DNA of 64,000 nt from an uncultured Candidatus Saccharibacteria bacterium (GCA_964646415.1 CAZYEL010000003.1:11639-75638); one strand, 5' to 3'. Numbered from the stretch's first letter, positions 36,872 through 47,629 are shown. Program-made: numbers and translations. Notes: generated by a model from the sequence alone, not told the origin.

Positions 36872-37780
36872 CTAATTCTTAAGATACCTCCGTATCGCAA
36901 TAAAACTTGAGAGCGCCCCGATGCCCACTCCGAAAACCATCTGGTATCCAAGGAGCGATGCGATGTTCCCCATAAAATACCGCGATAACTCGAGCCCGGG
37001 GATAAACACGCTCAAATACGGCGACGCGAAGTATACCGTCGGGACCATAATCGCCAGACTCGCCACCGCCGCAATGGCGCCCGAGATAGTGCCCTCCACC
37101 ATGTAGGGACCCCGCACAAGCGCGTTTGAAGCGCCCACCAGGCGCATAATGCCTATCTCATCGCGGTTCGAATAAATGGCGAGGCGGATGGTGTTGAACA
37201 CGACAAGTCCCGCGATAAGCGAGAGGAAAAGCGTGAGCGTGAACCCGATGCGGTTTACGTTGTCGATAATCCGCGCAAGCCGGTCAATCACCACCTGATT
37301 TTTCGCGTAGCTCACATTGTCGATGTAGGTGGAGAGATTCGGCGCGGTGAGATAGCGGGCAATCGTCGCATACTGCTCGGGGCGCTGCGCTTTGATATTC
37401 AAGGACGCCTGAAAAGGGTTCGCGTTCAGCTCATTGATTGCCTGGCTGATAACCTGATCGCTTTTGTGCGTGTTCTTGAAAAGCTCAAGCGCTTTGTCGC
37501 TCGAAACATAATTCACGCCTTTCACCTCCGAAAGGTCCTCAAGCGACTGCTTGATGCTCAAAATCTTGTCCTCCGCAGTGTTGTTCTTGAAATACACGCT
37601 GATGTCGATTTTGTCCTGAATCGATGCCACTGCCTGGCGCGTGATCACCCCGAACAGGATAAGCCCCACGAAAACCATAAGCGCAAGCGTCATGATTGCC
37701 ACAGTGGCGGTGGAAAGCCAGCCGTTCCGGCGGAATCCTTTCCCGCCGAACTTTAAGATACGAAAGAGAATGGTGAACAT
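36872..37780 (-). CDS. ftsX: Cell division permease FtsX
   Basis: VFNTIRLAIYSNRDEIGIMRLVGAS motif; follows ftsE. Confidence 0.9.
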   Translation of the reverse strand: MFTILFRILKFGGKGFRRNGWLSTATVAIMTLALMVFVGLILFGVITRQAVASIQDKIDISVYFKNNTAEDKILSIKQSLEDLSEVKGVNYVSSDKALELFKNTHKSDQVISQAINELNANPFQASLNIKAQRPEQYATIARYLTAPNLSTYIDNVSYAKNQVVIDRLARIIDNVNRIGFTLTLFLSLIAGLVVFNTIRLAIYSNRDEIGIMRLVGASNALVRGPYMVEGTISGAIAAVASLAIMVPTVYFASPYLSVFIPGLELSRYFMGNIASLLGYQMVFGVGIGALSSFIAIRRYLKN

Positions 37781-37863
37781 GATTGCAAATAGCTTCTAGC
37801 TTTGAGCTTTAAGGTTTAAGTGGGACTGCATGGCATTATGTATATTGTACTAAAAGCTTAAAG

Positions 37864-38547
37864 CTATACCAAAATGTATTTCCCCTTCTTTTCGTCGCGG
37901 ATAATCCGGCCGCGGTCGAGCGTAATCACGCGGCGCTCCAAATCGTTGATGATGTCCTTGTCGTGCGTCGCAAGAAGCACCGTCGTACCCAATTCGTTGA
38001 TTTTCTCGAGAAGCTTCACGATTTCCGCCGTGTGGAAGGGGTCAAGGTTTCCGGTGGGCTCGTCCGCAATAATCACCTCCGGCCGGTGAATCATAGCGCG
38101 TGCGATCGCCACGCGCTGCTTCTCCCCGCCGGAAAGCTCGTGAGGGAAGTTATTGCCCTTGTCCGCAAGCCCCACCATATCCAGCACCTGGGGCACAAGT
38201 TCATTAATTTCCCGCTGCGTGCGCCCCGCCACCTCAAGCGCAAAAGCGACATTCTCGTATGCGGTTTTCGTAAGAAGCAGGCGGAAATCCTGGAACACCA
38301 CCCCGATGTGGCGCCGGAAATGGGGCAGTTCGCTTGAACGCAATTTATTCACTTCATATTGCCCGAAGAACACGCGCCCGCGGCTTGGCTGCTCCTCCCC
38401 AATCAGCAGCTTAATGATGGTCGATTTTCCCGCGCCCGAGCGCCCCGCAAGCGAGAGAAACTCCCCCGGCTTCACTTCAAACGTCACATCCTCAAGCGCC
38501 GCGCTCGTATGGTTGTATACTTTGGAAACGCCTTGGAAAACAATCAT
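37864..38547 (-). CDS. ftsE: Cell division ATP-binding protein FtsE
   Basis: GRSGAGKST, VFQDFRLL, LSGGEKQR. Confidence 0.92.
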   Translation of the reverse strand: MIVFQGVSKVYNHTSAALEDVTFEVKPGEFLSLAGRSGAGKSTIIKLLIGEEQPSRGRVFFGQYEVNKLRSSELPHFRRHIGVVFQDFRLLLTKTAYENVAFALEVAGRTQREINELVPQVLDMVGLADKGNNFPHELSGGEKQRVAIARAMIHRPEVIIADEPTGNLDPFHTAEIVKLLEKINELGTTVLLATHDKDIINDLERRVITLDRGRIIRDEKKGKYILV

Positions 38548-38670
38548 TGGTGGATAGGTTTTAGGTTAAAGGTTCTGGGCCATAGACCTCGGAACTTGCA
38601 GACCTAATAATATCCCAAACACATCAAATCGACAAGGCGTTATACCTTGTCAGAACCCGCAGCCTAAAAC

Positions 38671-39733
38671 CTAAAAGTTCTTTTCCGCCTCCGCTTCCAC
38701 AAACATATCCAGGTCTCCCGCAAGAACTTTATCCACCTGCGAGGTTTCGACTTCCGTGCGGTGGTCTTTCACCAACTGGTAGGGATTCAGCACATAGGAA
38801 CGGATTTGATTCCCCCATTCGGGCTTCGCTTTTACCCGGAGCCCGGAAAGCTCCTCCACATGGTGCCGTTCCATAAGCTGGATAATTTTCGCCTTGAGGA
38901 GGCGGAGCGCATACTCGCGGTTCTGCTGCTGGCTGCGCTCCACGCGCGCGCCCACCGTAATCCCCGTAGGGAGGTGCGTGACGCGCACCGCGGTTTCCAC
39001 TTTGTTCACGTTCTGCCCGCCGGGACCTCCTGCGCGCGAAAACTCCCACTTCAAATCATCCTCGGGGATCTGGACTTTCGATCCCTCAACCGGCGGCAGG
39101 TCCGGCACAACTTCGACGAGCGCGAACGCCGTGTGGCGGAGCTTCTTGGGTGAGAAGGGGGAAATGCGGACAAGGCGATGCACGCCGGATTCTTTCTTCA
39201 GATATCCGTACGCATACTGCCCTTTTATTTCGACTATGCGCCCGCGGGGATTCTCGTCCACAATTCTCGCCTTCCAGTTCATCCGCTCCGCGTACCGCAG
39301 GTACATCTCCCCGAGCATCCGCGCCCAATCCTCCGCGTCTTCCCCTCCCGCGCCCGGGTACACCGAAACAATCGCGGCTTGCCCGTCGTATTTTCCCTTG
39401 AAAAGTTCCTCCAATTCAAACGCCCGGAACTTCCGCCGCGTTGCATAATACAAATTCTCATCAAATGATTTCTCTCCGCCGGAGGCGGATCCGCCTCCGG
39501 CGGAAAGCGCGGCGATGCCCGTTTCAATTTCCTGGTAACGGGTAACGAGGTCGCGGAGGATGCCAAGCCGCTTGATTTTCTCGTCCGCCGAGATGCGGTT
39601 CTGCCAAAAACCCGGCGCACTCATCGCCGCTTCGAGCTCCGTTATCTCTTTTTCCTTCGCTGCGAGGTCAAAGACGCCCGCTTAACCGGCGGGCTTCGGT
39701 TGCAAGTTCCTCAAGTTGCGATTTGAAATCCAT
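38671..39733 (-). CDS. prfB: Peptide chain release factor 2 with programmed +1 frameshift at CTT-TGA-C (39673-39667)
   Basis: SPF and GGQ motifs; upstream MDFKSQLEELATEARRLSGRL* with AGCGGG internal SD-like site. Confidence 0.93.
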
Positions 39734-39768
39734 ATTGAAGAATAGTAACACACTTTGAAACACTAATG

Positions 39769-39840
39769 AGCCGGTGGTCGGATTTGAACCGACGACCCAC
39801 GCTTTACGAAAGCGTTGCTCTGCCACTGAGCTACACCGGC
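39769..39840 (-). tRNA. tRNA-Thr(CGT)
   Basis: Cloverleaf GCCGGTG/CACCGGC, anticodon loop TTCGTAA, GTTCAAATC T-loop; CCA not encoded. Confidence 0.95.
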
Positions 39841-39946
39841 ATTCATGTCCCGCCGCAGGCGCGGGCAGAACAGCATTATTGTACGTACTTTTTTGCCCAA
39901 CGCAACTTCACTCGGCATGGAAAATCCCCTAGAATGGGAGCAAGCC

Positions 39947-42900
39947 ATGAGCAAATTCGTCCACCTCCACACCCATTCCCACTACTCGCTCCTCGACGGA
40001 CTGGCGAAAATCGAGGACCTCGTGGAGCGCACGAAGGAACTCGGGATGGATACGCTTGCCTTGACCGACCACGGGGTCCTTTACGGCGCAGTGGAGTTTT
40101 ATAAAAAAGCGAAAGCGGCGGGCATCAAGCCTATTTTAGGCGTCGAAGCGTATATTGCACCGAAGGAGCGGCAGAACAAAGACGCGGGTGAGAAATATTA
40201 TCATCTCATTCTTCTCGCGGAGAATCTCACGGGCTGGAAAAATCTGATAAAGCTCGTGACCAAAGCCCACCTTGAAGGGTTTTACTACAAACCCCGCATG
40301 GACAAGGCGCTCCTCCGCACGCATCATGAGGGGTTGATTGCGCTCTCCGGATGCTTTTCGGGAGAACTCGCCCGTTCCATTCTTGGAGGCGCCTCCGGCG
40401 AAGAAGTGCTCGCGGAGTACCAAAATATTTTCGGCAAAGAAAACTTTTTTATCGAAATCGGTTACCACCCGAACGTGAACCGCGCGGAGCACGACAAACT
40501 CTGGAACGGGTTGATTGCGCTCGCGAGAAAAACCGGCGCCCCGCTCGTCGCGACCCAGGACCTCCATTATGCGCGGCCCGAGGACCGCGATTATCACGAC
40601 ATTCTCCTTGCGGTCCAAACCGGGAGCAATCTAAGCGACGGCGACCGGCTCACGCTCAAAGCGGACGATTTCTCCATGACCTCCCCCGAGGATATGGCAA
40701 AAAAATTCAAAGATGCCCCCGGAGCGGTGGAGAACACCCTTCGCATCGCCGAACGGTGCAACGTCGAGTTGGAGCTGGGCGTTACCCAGCTTCCGGAATT
40801 CCCCAAGCCGGAAGGAGTGAGTGCGAACGAGTACGTGCGGAAGCTGGCTCTTGAGAGGCTTCCCCGCCGCTTCCCGGGCGATGCATGCACGAAAGAGGTG
40901 GCCGACCGGCTGGAATACGAGCTGGACGTCATCGAGAAAACGGGATTTGCGGATTACTTCCTCATCGTCCAGGACCTCACCGGCTGGGCGCGTGCGCACG
41001 GAATCGCCGTGGGACCCGGAAGAGGTTCCGCCGCGGGAAGCCTGGTTTCCTACATCCTCGGCATCACCGACATCAACCCTTTGAAATATGGACTGCTCTT
41101 CGAGCGGTTTTTGAATCCGGAACGCATTCAGATGCCCGACATCGACATTGATTTCGCCGATGCGCGCCGCGACGAGGTCTTGGCGTATGCACGGCAAAAA
41201 TATGGCGAGGACCATGTGGCGCAAATCATCACGTTCGGGACAATGGCTGCCCGCGCGGCAGTGCGCGACGCGGGACGCGCGATGGGAATCCCCTACGGCT
41301 TCTGCGACCAGGTGGCGAAGCTTATTCCCTTCAACGCCACGATAGAGGAATCCATTGACCAGGTTCCCGAGCTCGCGGAACTCGCCAAACAAAACGAAGA
41401 AGCGAGGCGCGTCCTCGACGCCGCAAAACACCTTGAGGGTGTGGCGCGCCATGCGTCGGTCCACGCCTGCGGCACGGTGATTACGAAAAAGCCCCTCACC
41501 GAGTACCTCCCGCTCCAATACGCGCCGCAAGACAGGGCAATCATCATCACGCAGTTCGAAATGCATTCCGTCGAAGACCTGGGGCTCCTTAAGATGGACT
41601 TGCTGGGCCTGCGGAACCTCACCATCATTGAAGAAACAGTGAAACTTGTCCGCGACCTCCGCGGAGAAGACATCAGAATCTCGGAACTCCCGCTTGACGA
41701 CGCCCCCACCTTCGCGCTCCTCCAGGCAGGAAACACCACGGGCGTGTTCCAGTTCGAGTCCTCCGGCATGCGCCGCTATATGAAAGATATCCACCCCACC
41801 GAACTTGAAGACCTGATTGCCCTGGTCGCCCTGTTCCGCCCGGGCCCCATGGAGCTGATTCCCTCCTTCATCAAGCGTAAACGCGGCGAGGAAAAAATCG
41901 TTTATCTCCACCCCCGGCTCGAACCTATTTTGAAAAACACGAACGGCATCGGCGTGTACCAGGAGCAGATGATGCAAATCGCCCGCGACCTCGCGGGATA
42001 CACCCTCCCCGAAGCGGACACGCTTCGCAAAGCAATCGGAAAGAAAATCAAATCGCTCCTCGACGAACAAAAAGCGAAGCTTACGAACGGCATGATAAAA
42101 AACGGCGTCCCCGCGAAAACCGCGGAGGCGATATGGGAGCTTTTCCCGCCGTTCGCCCGCTACGGATTCAACAAGTCGCACGCCGCCTGCTACGCCCTCA
42201 TCGGATACGAAACCGCGTACCTCAAAACGCACTACCCCATTGAATTCATGGCGGCGCTTTTGAACGCCGAAATCAGCGATATTGACCGCATCGCGTTCCT
42301 CGTGAGCGAAGCCCGCCAGAACCAAATTCCCATTCTCCCGCCCGACGTGAACAGCAGTTTTGTAAAATTCGCCCCCGACGGAGAAAAAGTGCGGTTTGGC
42401 CTTTTGGGCATCAAGAACGTGGGCGAGCAAATCGCACAGGCGATTATCGAGGAACGCATGCGCGGCGGCCCTTTCGCGAGCTTCACCGATTTCCTTGCGC
42501 GCATACAGCACAAAGACCTCAACAAGAAATCGCTGGAGGCTCTTGCGAAATGCGGCGCACTCGAATCCCTGGGCGTCGAGCGCAACCAGGCGGTGCAAAA
42601 CATAGACGACATTGTCCGCTTCGCGGGCGCGGCGCGCAAAACCGCCCTCCAGCCGAACTCCCTCTTCGGAAGTTCCACCGCATCGCTCTCCATCAAGCTC
42701 AAACCCGCCCCGCCCGCGACCCGCGAGGAAAAACTCGGATGGGAAAAGGAACTTTTGGGTTTTTACCTCTCCGACCACCCCCTGAACTCCTACAAAGAAA
42801 AACTGGCCGCATACCGCACTCGTACGCTTGATGAACTCCGCACCATCAAAAACGAAAATCTCATCATCCGCGCCGCAGGACTCGTTTCCACCGTCAAAAA

Positions 42901-43111
42901 AATCTTGACGAAGAAAGGCGACGCCATGATATTTGTGACCGTCGAGGACTTCTCGCCTCAGCCGCTCGAAGTAGTGGTGTTCCCAAAAGTACTCGGAAAA
43001 ACGGAATCCGTCTGGCAGCCGAATAACGTCATAATTCTCCAGGGGAAAATGTCCTGGCGCGGCGGGGAACCGAAGATTATCTGCGATGACGCGAAGAAGT
43101 TGGAAGCATAA
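39947..43111 (+). CDS. dnaE: DNA polymerase III alpha subunit
   Basis: HLHTHSHYSLLDG PHP domain, GRGSAAGS, PDIDID, YGFNKSH. Confidence 0.97.
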   Translation: MSKFVHLHTHSHYSLLDGLAKIEDLVERTKELGMDTLALTDHGVLYGAVEFYKKAKAAGIKPILGVEAYIAPKERQNKDAGEKYYHLILLAENLTGWKNLIKLVTKAHLEGFYYKPRMDKALLRTHHEGLIALSGCFSGELARSILGGASGEEVLAEYQNIFGKENFFIEIGYHPNVNRAEHDKLWNGLIALARKTGAPLVATQDLHYARPEDRDYHDILLAVQTGSNLSDGDRLTLKADDFSMTSPEDMAKKFKDAPGAVENTLRIAERCNVELELGVTQLPEFPKPEGVSANEYVRKLALERLPRRFPGDACTKEVADRLEYELDVIEKTGFADYFLIVQDLTGWARAHGIAVGPGRGSAAGSLVSYILGITDINPLKYGLLFERFLNPERIQMPDIDIDFADARRDEVLAYARQKYGEDHVAQIITFGTMAARAAVRDAGRAMGIPYGFCDQVAKLIPFNATIEESIDQVPELAELAKQNEEARRVLDAAKHLEGVARHASVHACGTVITKKPLTEYLPLQYAPQDRAIIITQFEMHSVEDLGLLKMDLLGLRNLTIIEETVKLVRDLRGEDIRISELPLDDAPTFALLQAGNTTGVFQFESSGMRRYMKDIHPTELEDLIALVALFRPGPMELIPSFIKRKRGEEKIVYLHPRLEPILKNTNGIGVYQEQMMQIARDLAGYTLPEADTLRKAIGKKIKSLLDEQKAKLTNGMIKNGVPAKTAEAIWELFPPFARYGFNKSHAACYALIGYETAYLKTHYPIEFMAALLNAEISDIDRIAFLVSEARQNQIPILPPDVNSSFVKFAPDGEKVRFGLLGIKNVGEQIAQAIIEERMRGGPFASFTDFLARIQHKDLNKKSLEALAKCGALESLGVERNQAVQNIDDIVRFAGAARKTALQPNSLFGSSTASLSIKLKPAPPATREEKLGWEKELLGFYLSDHPLNSYKEKLAAYRTRTLDELRTIKNENLIIRAAGLVSTVKKILTKKGDAMIFVTVEDFSPQPLEVVVFPKVLGKTESVWQPNNVIILQGKMSWRGGEPKIICDDAKKLEA

Positions 43112-43147
43112 ACTTCCAACTTTTTCGCTGACAAACGCGGACGAACT

Positions 43148-43325
43148 TCAGCTTGTTTTCTCAATCATTTCTTCGACCTTGCACTTCGCTTCTTCGAGAA
43201 GTTCTTTTGCCTTTTTGCGCGCGGCGTGGGATTGGCGCACAAGCTCGGCGATTTTTTTCTGTGTGGTTTTCGGTAAAACCGGGACCACAATATTTTCAAC
43301 ATCCTCATCAGTAATCGTCGCGGTT
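43148..43325 (-). pseudogene. C-terminal remnant resembling a restriction-modification specificity (HsdS-like) subunit
   Basis: ...ENIVVPVLPKTTQKKIAELVRQSHAARKKAKELLEEAKCKVEEMIE*, with no upstream start. Confidence 0.55.
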
Positions 43326-43460
43326 CAATAAAACTCAATTTCTATTCTTTCGCGAACTTCAAAAACCTATCGCTCCGCGCAATTCACACCGCCCCAGAAT
43401 ACGGAAGTGATTTAATATAGCTATCTTTGCCGACTACCCCAGGGAAAGGGCGCCTACAAT

Positions 43461-43859
43461 TTACAATAACGAGGAGTGATATTTCTCCGGCTGGTGCGGC
43501 TCCATCACCTTGATTTCAAATTCCCACCCGAATTCCCCTTTTCGTTTTTCCAAATCAACCTTCAGTACCTCCTGGTCATACCCCAGCGCCACCACCGCCG
43601 GGCGCTGCACCTTCAAAACTTCGTAACTTCCCAACTTTCTGTCCCCCATCACCACCTCGTCCGCATACTCGGATGCGCGCACGTACTCCATCCGCACGCC
43701 GATGGGAAGACACGGATAAACTCCTTTAAGTTCCTCCGCCGCGCCATCCCGCGCCACCACAACCACAAGGTAATCACCGCAGGACTTCGCCTGCTTCAAA
43801 AACTGTTTATGGCCTTCATGGATGCCGTCGAAGACGCCGAAGACGAGTACCTTTTTCAT
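43461..43859 (-). CDS. Cytidylyltransferase-family nucleotidyltransferase (RibL/FAD synthase-like)
   Basis: FGVFDGIHEGH HxGH motif, VVARD, LGYDQ. Confidence 0.85.
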   Translation of the reverse strand: MKKVLVFGVFDGIHEGHKQFLKQAKSCGDYLVVVVARDGAAEELKGVYPCLPIGVRMEYVRASEYADEVVMGDRKLGSYEVLKVQRPAVVALGYDQEVLKVDLEKRKGEFGWEFEIKVMEPHQPEKYHSSLL

Positions 43860-43919
43860 AGCTTTAAGCTTCAAGCTTTTAGCTTCGAGCGCATTTACTT
43901 AAATCTTAAAGCTTACCGC

Positions 43920-45374
43920 TCAAAGCTCCTTCCGGGGTCTCATCAGCGGATAAATCACCGTCTCGCGAATCGGTTTGTCCATAAGGAATGCGAAGAGCCG
44001 CTCGGAAAGCCCGAAGCCCGCAATCGGCGGAAATCCATACTCCATCGCGCGCAAGAATTCCTCGTCGAGCTGCTGGGCTTCTTTGTCACCCGCCTCCCGA
44101 AGCTTCATTTGTTCCTCGAACCGCGCGCGCTGGTCCTCCGGGTCGTTCAGCTCCGACCAGCCGTTCCCCAGCTCCGTGCCGCAGGCAACAACTTGCGTCC
44201 GCTCCACGATACGGGGGTCATCCGCAACCCGCTTTGCGAGCGGCGAAACATCCACCGGCGTATGTATGAGAAACGCGGGCTGGATGAGGTGGGGACGCAC
44301 GGTTTTCTTATAAATAAGGTCTATTAAGCGACCCTTCCCCGCAAAGCGCTCCGGGGCAAGCTTCAGCTTTTCCGCGCGCGCGCGCAGGTCAGCCTCGCTC
44401 GCATCAAGAGGATCAATCTTATTCGCCTCCTTGAACGCCGCGACGTACTCGACGGTTTCCCACTTTTTCCCCCATTCGATATTCATCCCTTGATACTCCA
44501 TTACAAGAGACCCGGTCGTCTTTTGGATAACTTTTTTATACATGTCCTCCACCAGCTTCATCAAATCGCGGTAATCGGCGTACGCCCAGTAGAACTCGAG
44601 CTGGGTATAGTCCTGGAGGTGTTCACGGTCGATTCCTTCATTGCGGAAAATGCGCCCGATTTCGAACACTTTTTCGTATCCGCTCGCCATGAGCTTCTTC
44701 AGCGGAAGCTCGAGCGCGATGCGAAGATAAAAATCCATGTCGAGCGCATTGTGATGCGTCACAAACGGTTCCGCATCGCCCCCACCGGGAATCGCTTCAA
44801 GCGTTGAACCCTCCATCTCCAAGAATCCCTTTTTGTTCATGTAGTCCCTGACGGAACCCCAAAAAACCGCTTTCTTCCGGAACATTTCCTCGACATCCTT
44901 ATTTAAAAAAATGTCGAGGTATCGCTCGCGGAGGCGGGTTTCCGTGTCCTCGACGCCGTACCGCTCCGAAGGAATCGGGCGGAGCGACTTTGAAGCGAGC
45001 GTCAGCGTCTTCACGTCAATGCTTTGCTCGCCGCGCTTTGTGGTGAAGAGCATGCCGGTGACGGAGACAAAGTCTCCGCGGTCGAGATTCGCTTTCCAGA
45101 GCGGAAAATCTTTAAGACTTCCCTCTTTGAGCACCGCCTGAAAGGAACCACTTCCGTCGCGGATGTCTATGAAAATGATGCTCCCCTGGTCGCGGATACT
45201 CATCACCCGGCCCGCGAGCGAAACCTTTTTCTTCGCCTTCTCGAGCGCCGCAAATTTCTCCCGCGCCTCCCCGAGGGCGTGCGTGCGCGGCACACTCGCC
45301 GGATAGGGGTCAACGCCCGCAGCTTTAAGCGCCTCCAACTTTTTCCGCCGCTCGGCGATAAGGTCATCCAACAT
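43920..45374 (-). CDS. lysS: Lysine--tRNA ligase (class II)
   Basis: OB fold, YLRIA.EL, FRNEG, ELNDP, GFG..ER. Confidence 0.96.
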   Translation of the reverse strand: MLDDLIAERRKKLEALKAAGVDPYPASVPRTHALGEAREKFAALEKAKKKVSLAGRVMSIRDQGSIIFIDIRDGSGSFQAVLKEGSLKDFPLWKANLDRGDFVSVTGMLFTTKRGEQSIDVKTLTLASKSLRPIPSERYGVEDTETRLRERYLDIFLNKDVEEMFRKKAVFWGSVRDYMNKKGFLEMEGSTLEAIPGGGDAEPFVTHHNALDMDFYLRIALELPLKKLMASGYEKVFEIGRIFRNEGIDREHLQDYTQLEFYWAYADYRDLMKLVEDMYKKVIQKTTGSLVMEYQGMNIEWGKKWETVEYVAAFKEANKIDPLDASEADLRARAEKLKLAPERFAGKGRLIDLIYKKTVRPHLIQPAFLIHTPVDVSPLAKRVADDPRIVERTQVVACGTELGNGWSELNDPEDQRARFEEQMKLREAGDKEAQQLDEEFLRAMEYGFPPIAGFGLSERLFAFLMDKPIRETVIYPLMRPRKEL

Positions 45375-45488
45375 TATTATCCATAATATCAGCTTTTCGC
45401 ATGTTTACAAAAAGCCCAGCGCACGCGGGGCCCCTTAAAGCTTAACGCTTTCCGCCGAAGGCGGATTCGCCTCCGGCGAAAAAGCTAT

Positions 45489-45950
45489 TCACTCTATCTT
45501 CGTAATCTTGTAAGCCGTCTTCCCCGAGGGCGTCGTTACATCCACCGCATCGCCTATCTTGTGATTCAAAAATGCCCTCCCCAGCGGAGACTCGTCGGAA
45601 ATTTTCCCTTCATCGGGTTTTGCGTCGTAGGGACCCACGATGGTGTACCGCATCGCCTTTCCGTTTTTCTCAACCGTCACCGTAGCGCCCACCCGCACCG
45701 CGCCGCCCGGACCCTCTTTTTCAATCATGGTCGCGCGCTTCAAAAGCGCCTCGAGCTCAAAGATGCGGCCTTCAATAAGGTTTTGTTCCTCGCGCGCCTC
45801 CGCGTATTCGGCGTTTTCCGAAAGGTCTCCGTACTCCTTCGCGCGCTTCAGGTGCTCCGCAACGCGGGCACGCCCCTCGCCTTTCAGTTTATCCAACTCC
45901 TCTTTTAACTCATTGAACCGCTCCGGCGTAAGATATTGCGTTTCTGGCAT
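45489..45950 (-). CDS. greA: Transcription elongation factor GreA
   Basis: GDLSENAEY, IS.ESPLG. Confidence 0.95.
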   Translation of the reverse strand: MPETQYLTPERFNELKEELDKLKGEGRARVAEHLKRAKEYGDLSENAEYAEAREEQNLIEGRIFELEALLKRATMIEKEGPGGAVRVGATVTVEKNGKAMRYTIVGPYDAKPDEGKISDESPLGRAFLNHKIGDAVDVTTPSGKTAYKITKIE

Positions 45951-45992
45951 GGTGATAATTGACCAACGGCTAGTGGCAAAAACAGCAAAGCG

Positions 45993-46760
45993 TTAATTGG
46001 AAGTTCGTTCTTTGCTCCCTGCACGGATGCCGTATACATCCATCCAGAGCATGAAGCGGATTGTAATATTTTCGGCGAGGAAATGCAAACCTGCGGAGAA
46101 CGGGACGCGGGAAAATGCATTATTCTTCCATACCACCGGAACTTCCTTAATCCTGAACCCCAGCGCTTTCGCGAGTCCCAATGCCTCAACGTCAAACGCC
46201 CATCCGTTCACGCAAGTCTTCGAAAAAATCTCGCGCGCCGCACGCTCGGTGAACGCCTTGAACCCGCACTGCGTATCCCAAATGCCCGGCAGGAGCACTA
46301 CTTGCGTGAAAAGGTTCAACGCTTTCCCCGCAACTCTGCGGAAAAGGGGCTGCGGCGGGTCGAGTTTCGCGCCGCGGGCCGCGCGGGAGCCGATGACCAC
46401 ATCGCACCGCGCCTTCTCCTCTCCCGTAAAGTAGGGAAGCATGGCCTGAAATTGGTCGACTGAAGTTGAATTATCCGCGTCGGTAAAAAGACGGACAACT
46501 CCATGCGCCGCGAGAAATCCCTGGCGCACCACGCCCCCTTTTCCTTTGTTCGCCGCATTGTCGATAAGCGAAAGATGCGGAATGGTTTCCGCCATCCCAA
46601 GCACCACCTTCGATGTGCCGTCGGTCGAACCATCATTCACCACGATGATTTCGTATGTGAAACCCGCACTGCGCAGATAACGGTCAATCGCAACAAGCGT
46701 CGCGGGGATACGGGTCTCTTCGTTGTATGCAGGAATGATGACGGAGAGGAAGGGGGGCAT
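45993..46760 (-). CDS. GT2 dolichyl-phosphate beta-glucosyltransferase-like protein
   Basis: IPAYNE, DGSTD, DADNS, DTQCGFK, FDVE. Confidence 0.88.
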   Translation of the reverse strand: MPPFLSVIIPAYNEETRIPATLVAIDRYLRSAGFTYEIIVVNDGSTDGTSKVVLGMAETIPHLSLIDNAANKGKGGVVRQGFLAAHGVVRLFTDADNSTSVDQFQAMLPYFTGEEKARCDVVIGSRAARGAKLDPPQPLFRRVAGKALNLFTQVVLLPGIWDTQCGFKAFTERAAREIFSKTCVNGWAFDVEALGLAKALGFRIKEVPVVWKNNAFSRVPFSAGLHFLAENITIRFMLWMDVYGIRAGSKERTSN

Positions 46761-46873
46761 GAAAATTTCTAATTATTCTAATTGACCTAATTTCTAAAAA
46801 AATCCCAATGACCAGCAGTTACAATTTTAGACATTGAGGCGTGGAACTTATTTAGGTTAATTAGAAATTGTGC

Positions 46874-47629
46874 TCACCTAGTGAGCACATGTCCTCCTTC
46901 TCTCGTAATCACTATAGTGTGCTCGAAATGCGCGGTGAGCGAACCATCTTTCGTGGCGAAACTCCCGTCCGGATGCTCCTTCACTTGCCCCGATCCCGCT
47001 GCAACCATCGGCTCTATCGCAAGCACCATACCGGGAAATAGCTCCTGACCCTGCCCGGGCACCCCGAAATTCGGCACCGCAGGCTCCTCATGAAGCTCCC
47101 GCCCAATGCCATGCCCGGTGAGCTGTTCGGCAACGGAGAAACCGGAGTGTTTCACCCGCGTGGCTATCGCCGCACCGATATCGCCTACCGTGCTTCTTGG
47201 CCGCGCCGCCGCGATTCCTGCCGCAAGAGCTTCCTTGGTTACCACACTCAAACGCCGCGCATCAGTCGAGACATTTCCGACAAGCACCGTCCGTGCCGTA
47301 TCAACATACCACCCGTCAAGTTTCAGACCGATATCAAGCTTCACCACATCTCCATCCCGTATTGCATACTCCGAAGGAATCCCGTGCACCACCGTATCGT
47401 TCACCGACACGCACAGTGCCGCGGGATATCTTTCACCGCTCCCGGGTACGCGATACCCCAAAAATGCAGGGACCGCTCCCGCCTGCTTAATCAGGTTCCT
47501 CGCTTGCATATCAAGCTCACGAGTTTCCACTCCTACCCGCACCATATCGCAGAGTGCATCAAGTACGTGCGCAATACGCTTCCCCGCATCGGCGAGCACC
47601 TTAATCTCCGCGGAAGTTTTTATAAGCAT
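46874..47629 (-). CDS. map: Methionine aminopeptidase type I
   Basis: HGIP, GHGIG..HEEP, AIEPM, HFEHT. Confidence 0.95.
   Translation of the reverse strand: MLIKTSAEIKVLADAGKRIAHVLDALCDMVRVGVETRELDMQARNLIKQAGAVPAFLGYRVPGSGERYPAALCVSVNDTVVHGIPSEYAIRDGDVVKLDIGLKLDGWYVDTARTVLVGNVSTDARRLSVVTKEALAAGIAAARPRSTVGDIGAAIATRVKHSGFSVAEQLTGHGIGRELHEEPAVPNFGVPGQGQELFPGMVLAIEPMVAAGSGQVKEHPDGSFATKDGSLTAHFEHTIVITREGGHVLTR

Noticed and set aside
39845-39946. N-terminal extension of dnaE
   Set aside because: Begins next to the tRNA and spans the divergent promoter region; the PHP motif starts right after ATG 39947.
40631-42778. 715-aa antisense ORF
   Set aside because: Mirror frame of dnaE with no recognisable motifs; expected from codon bias in GC-rich genes.
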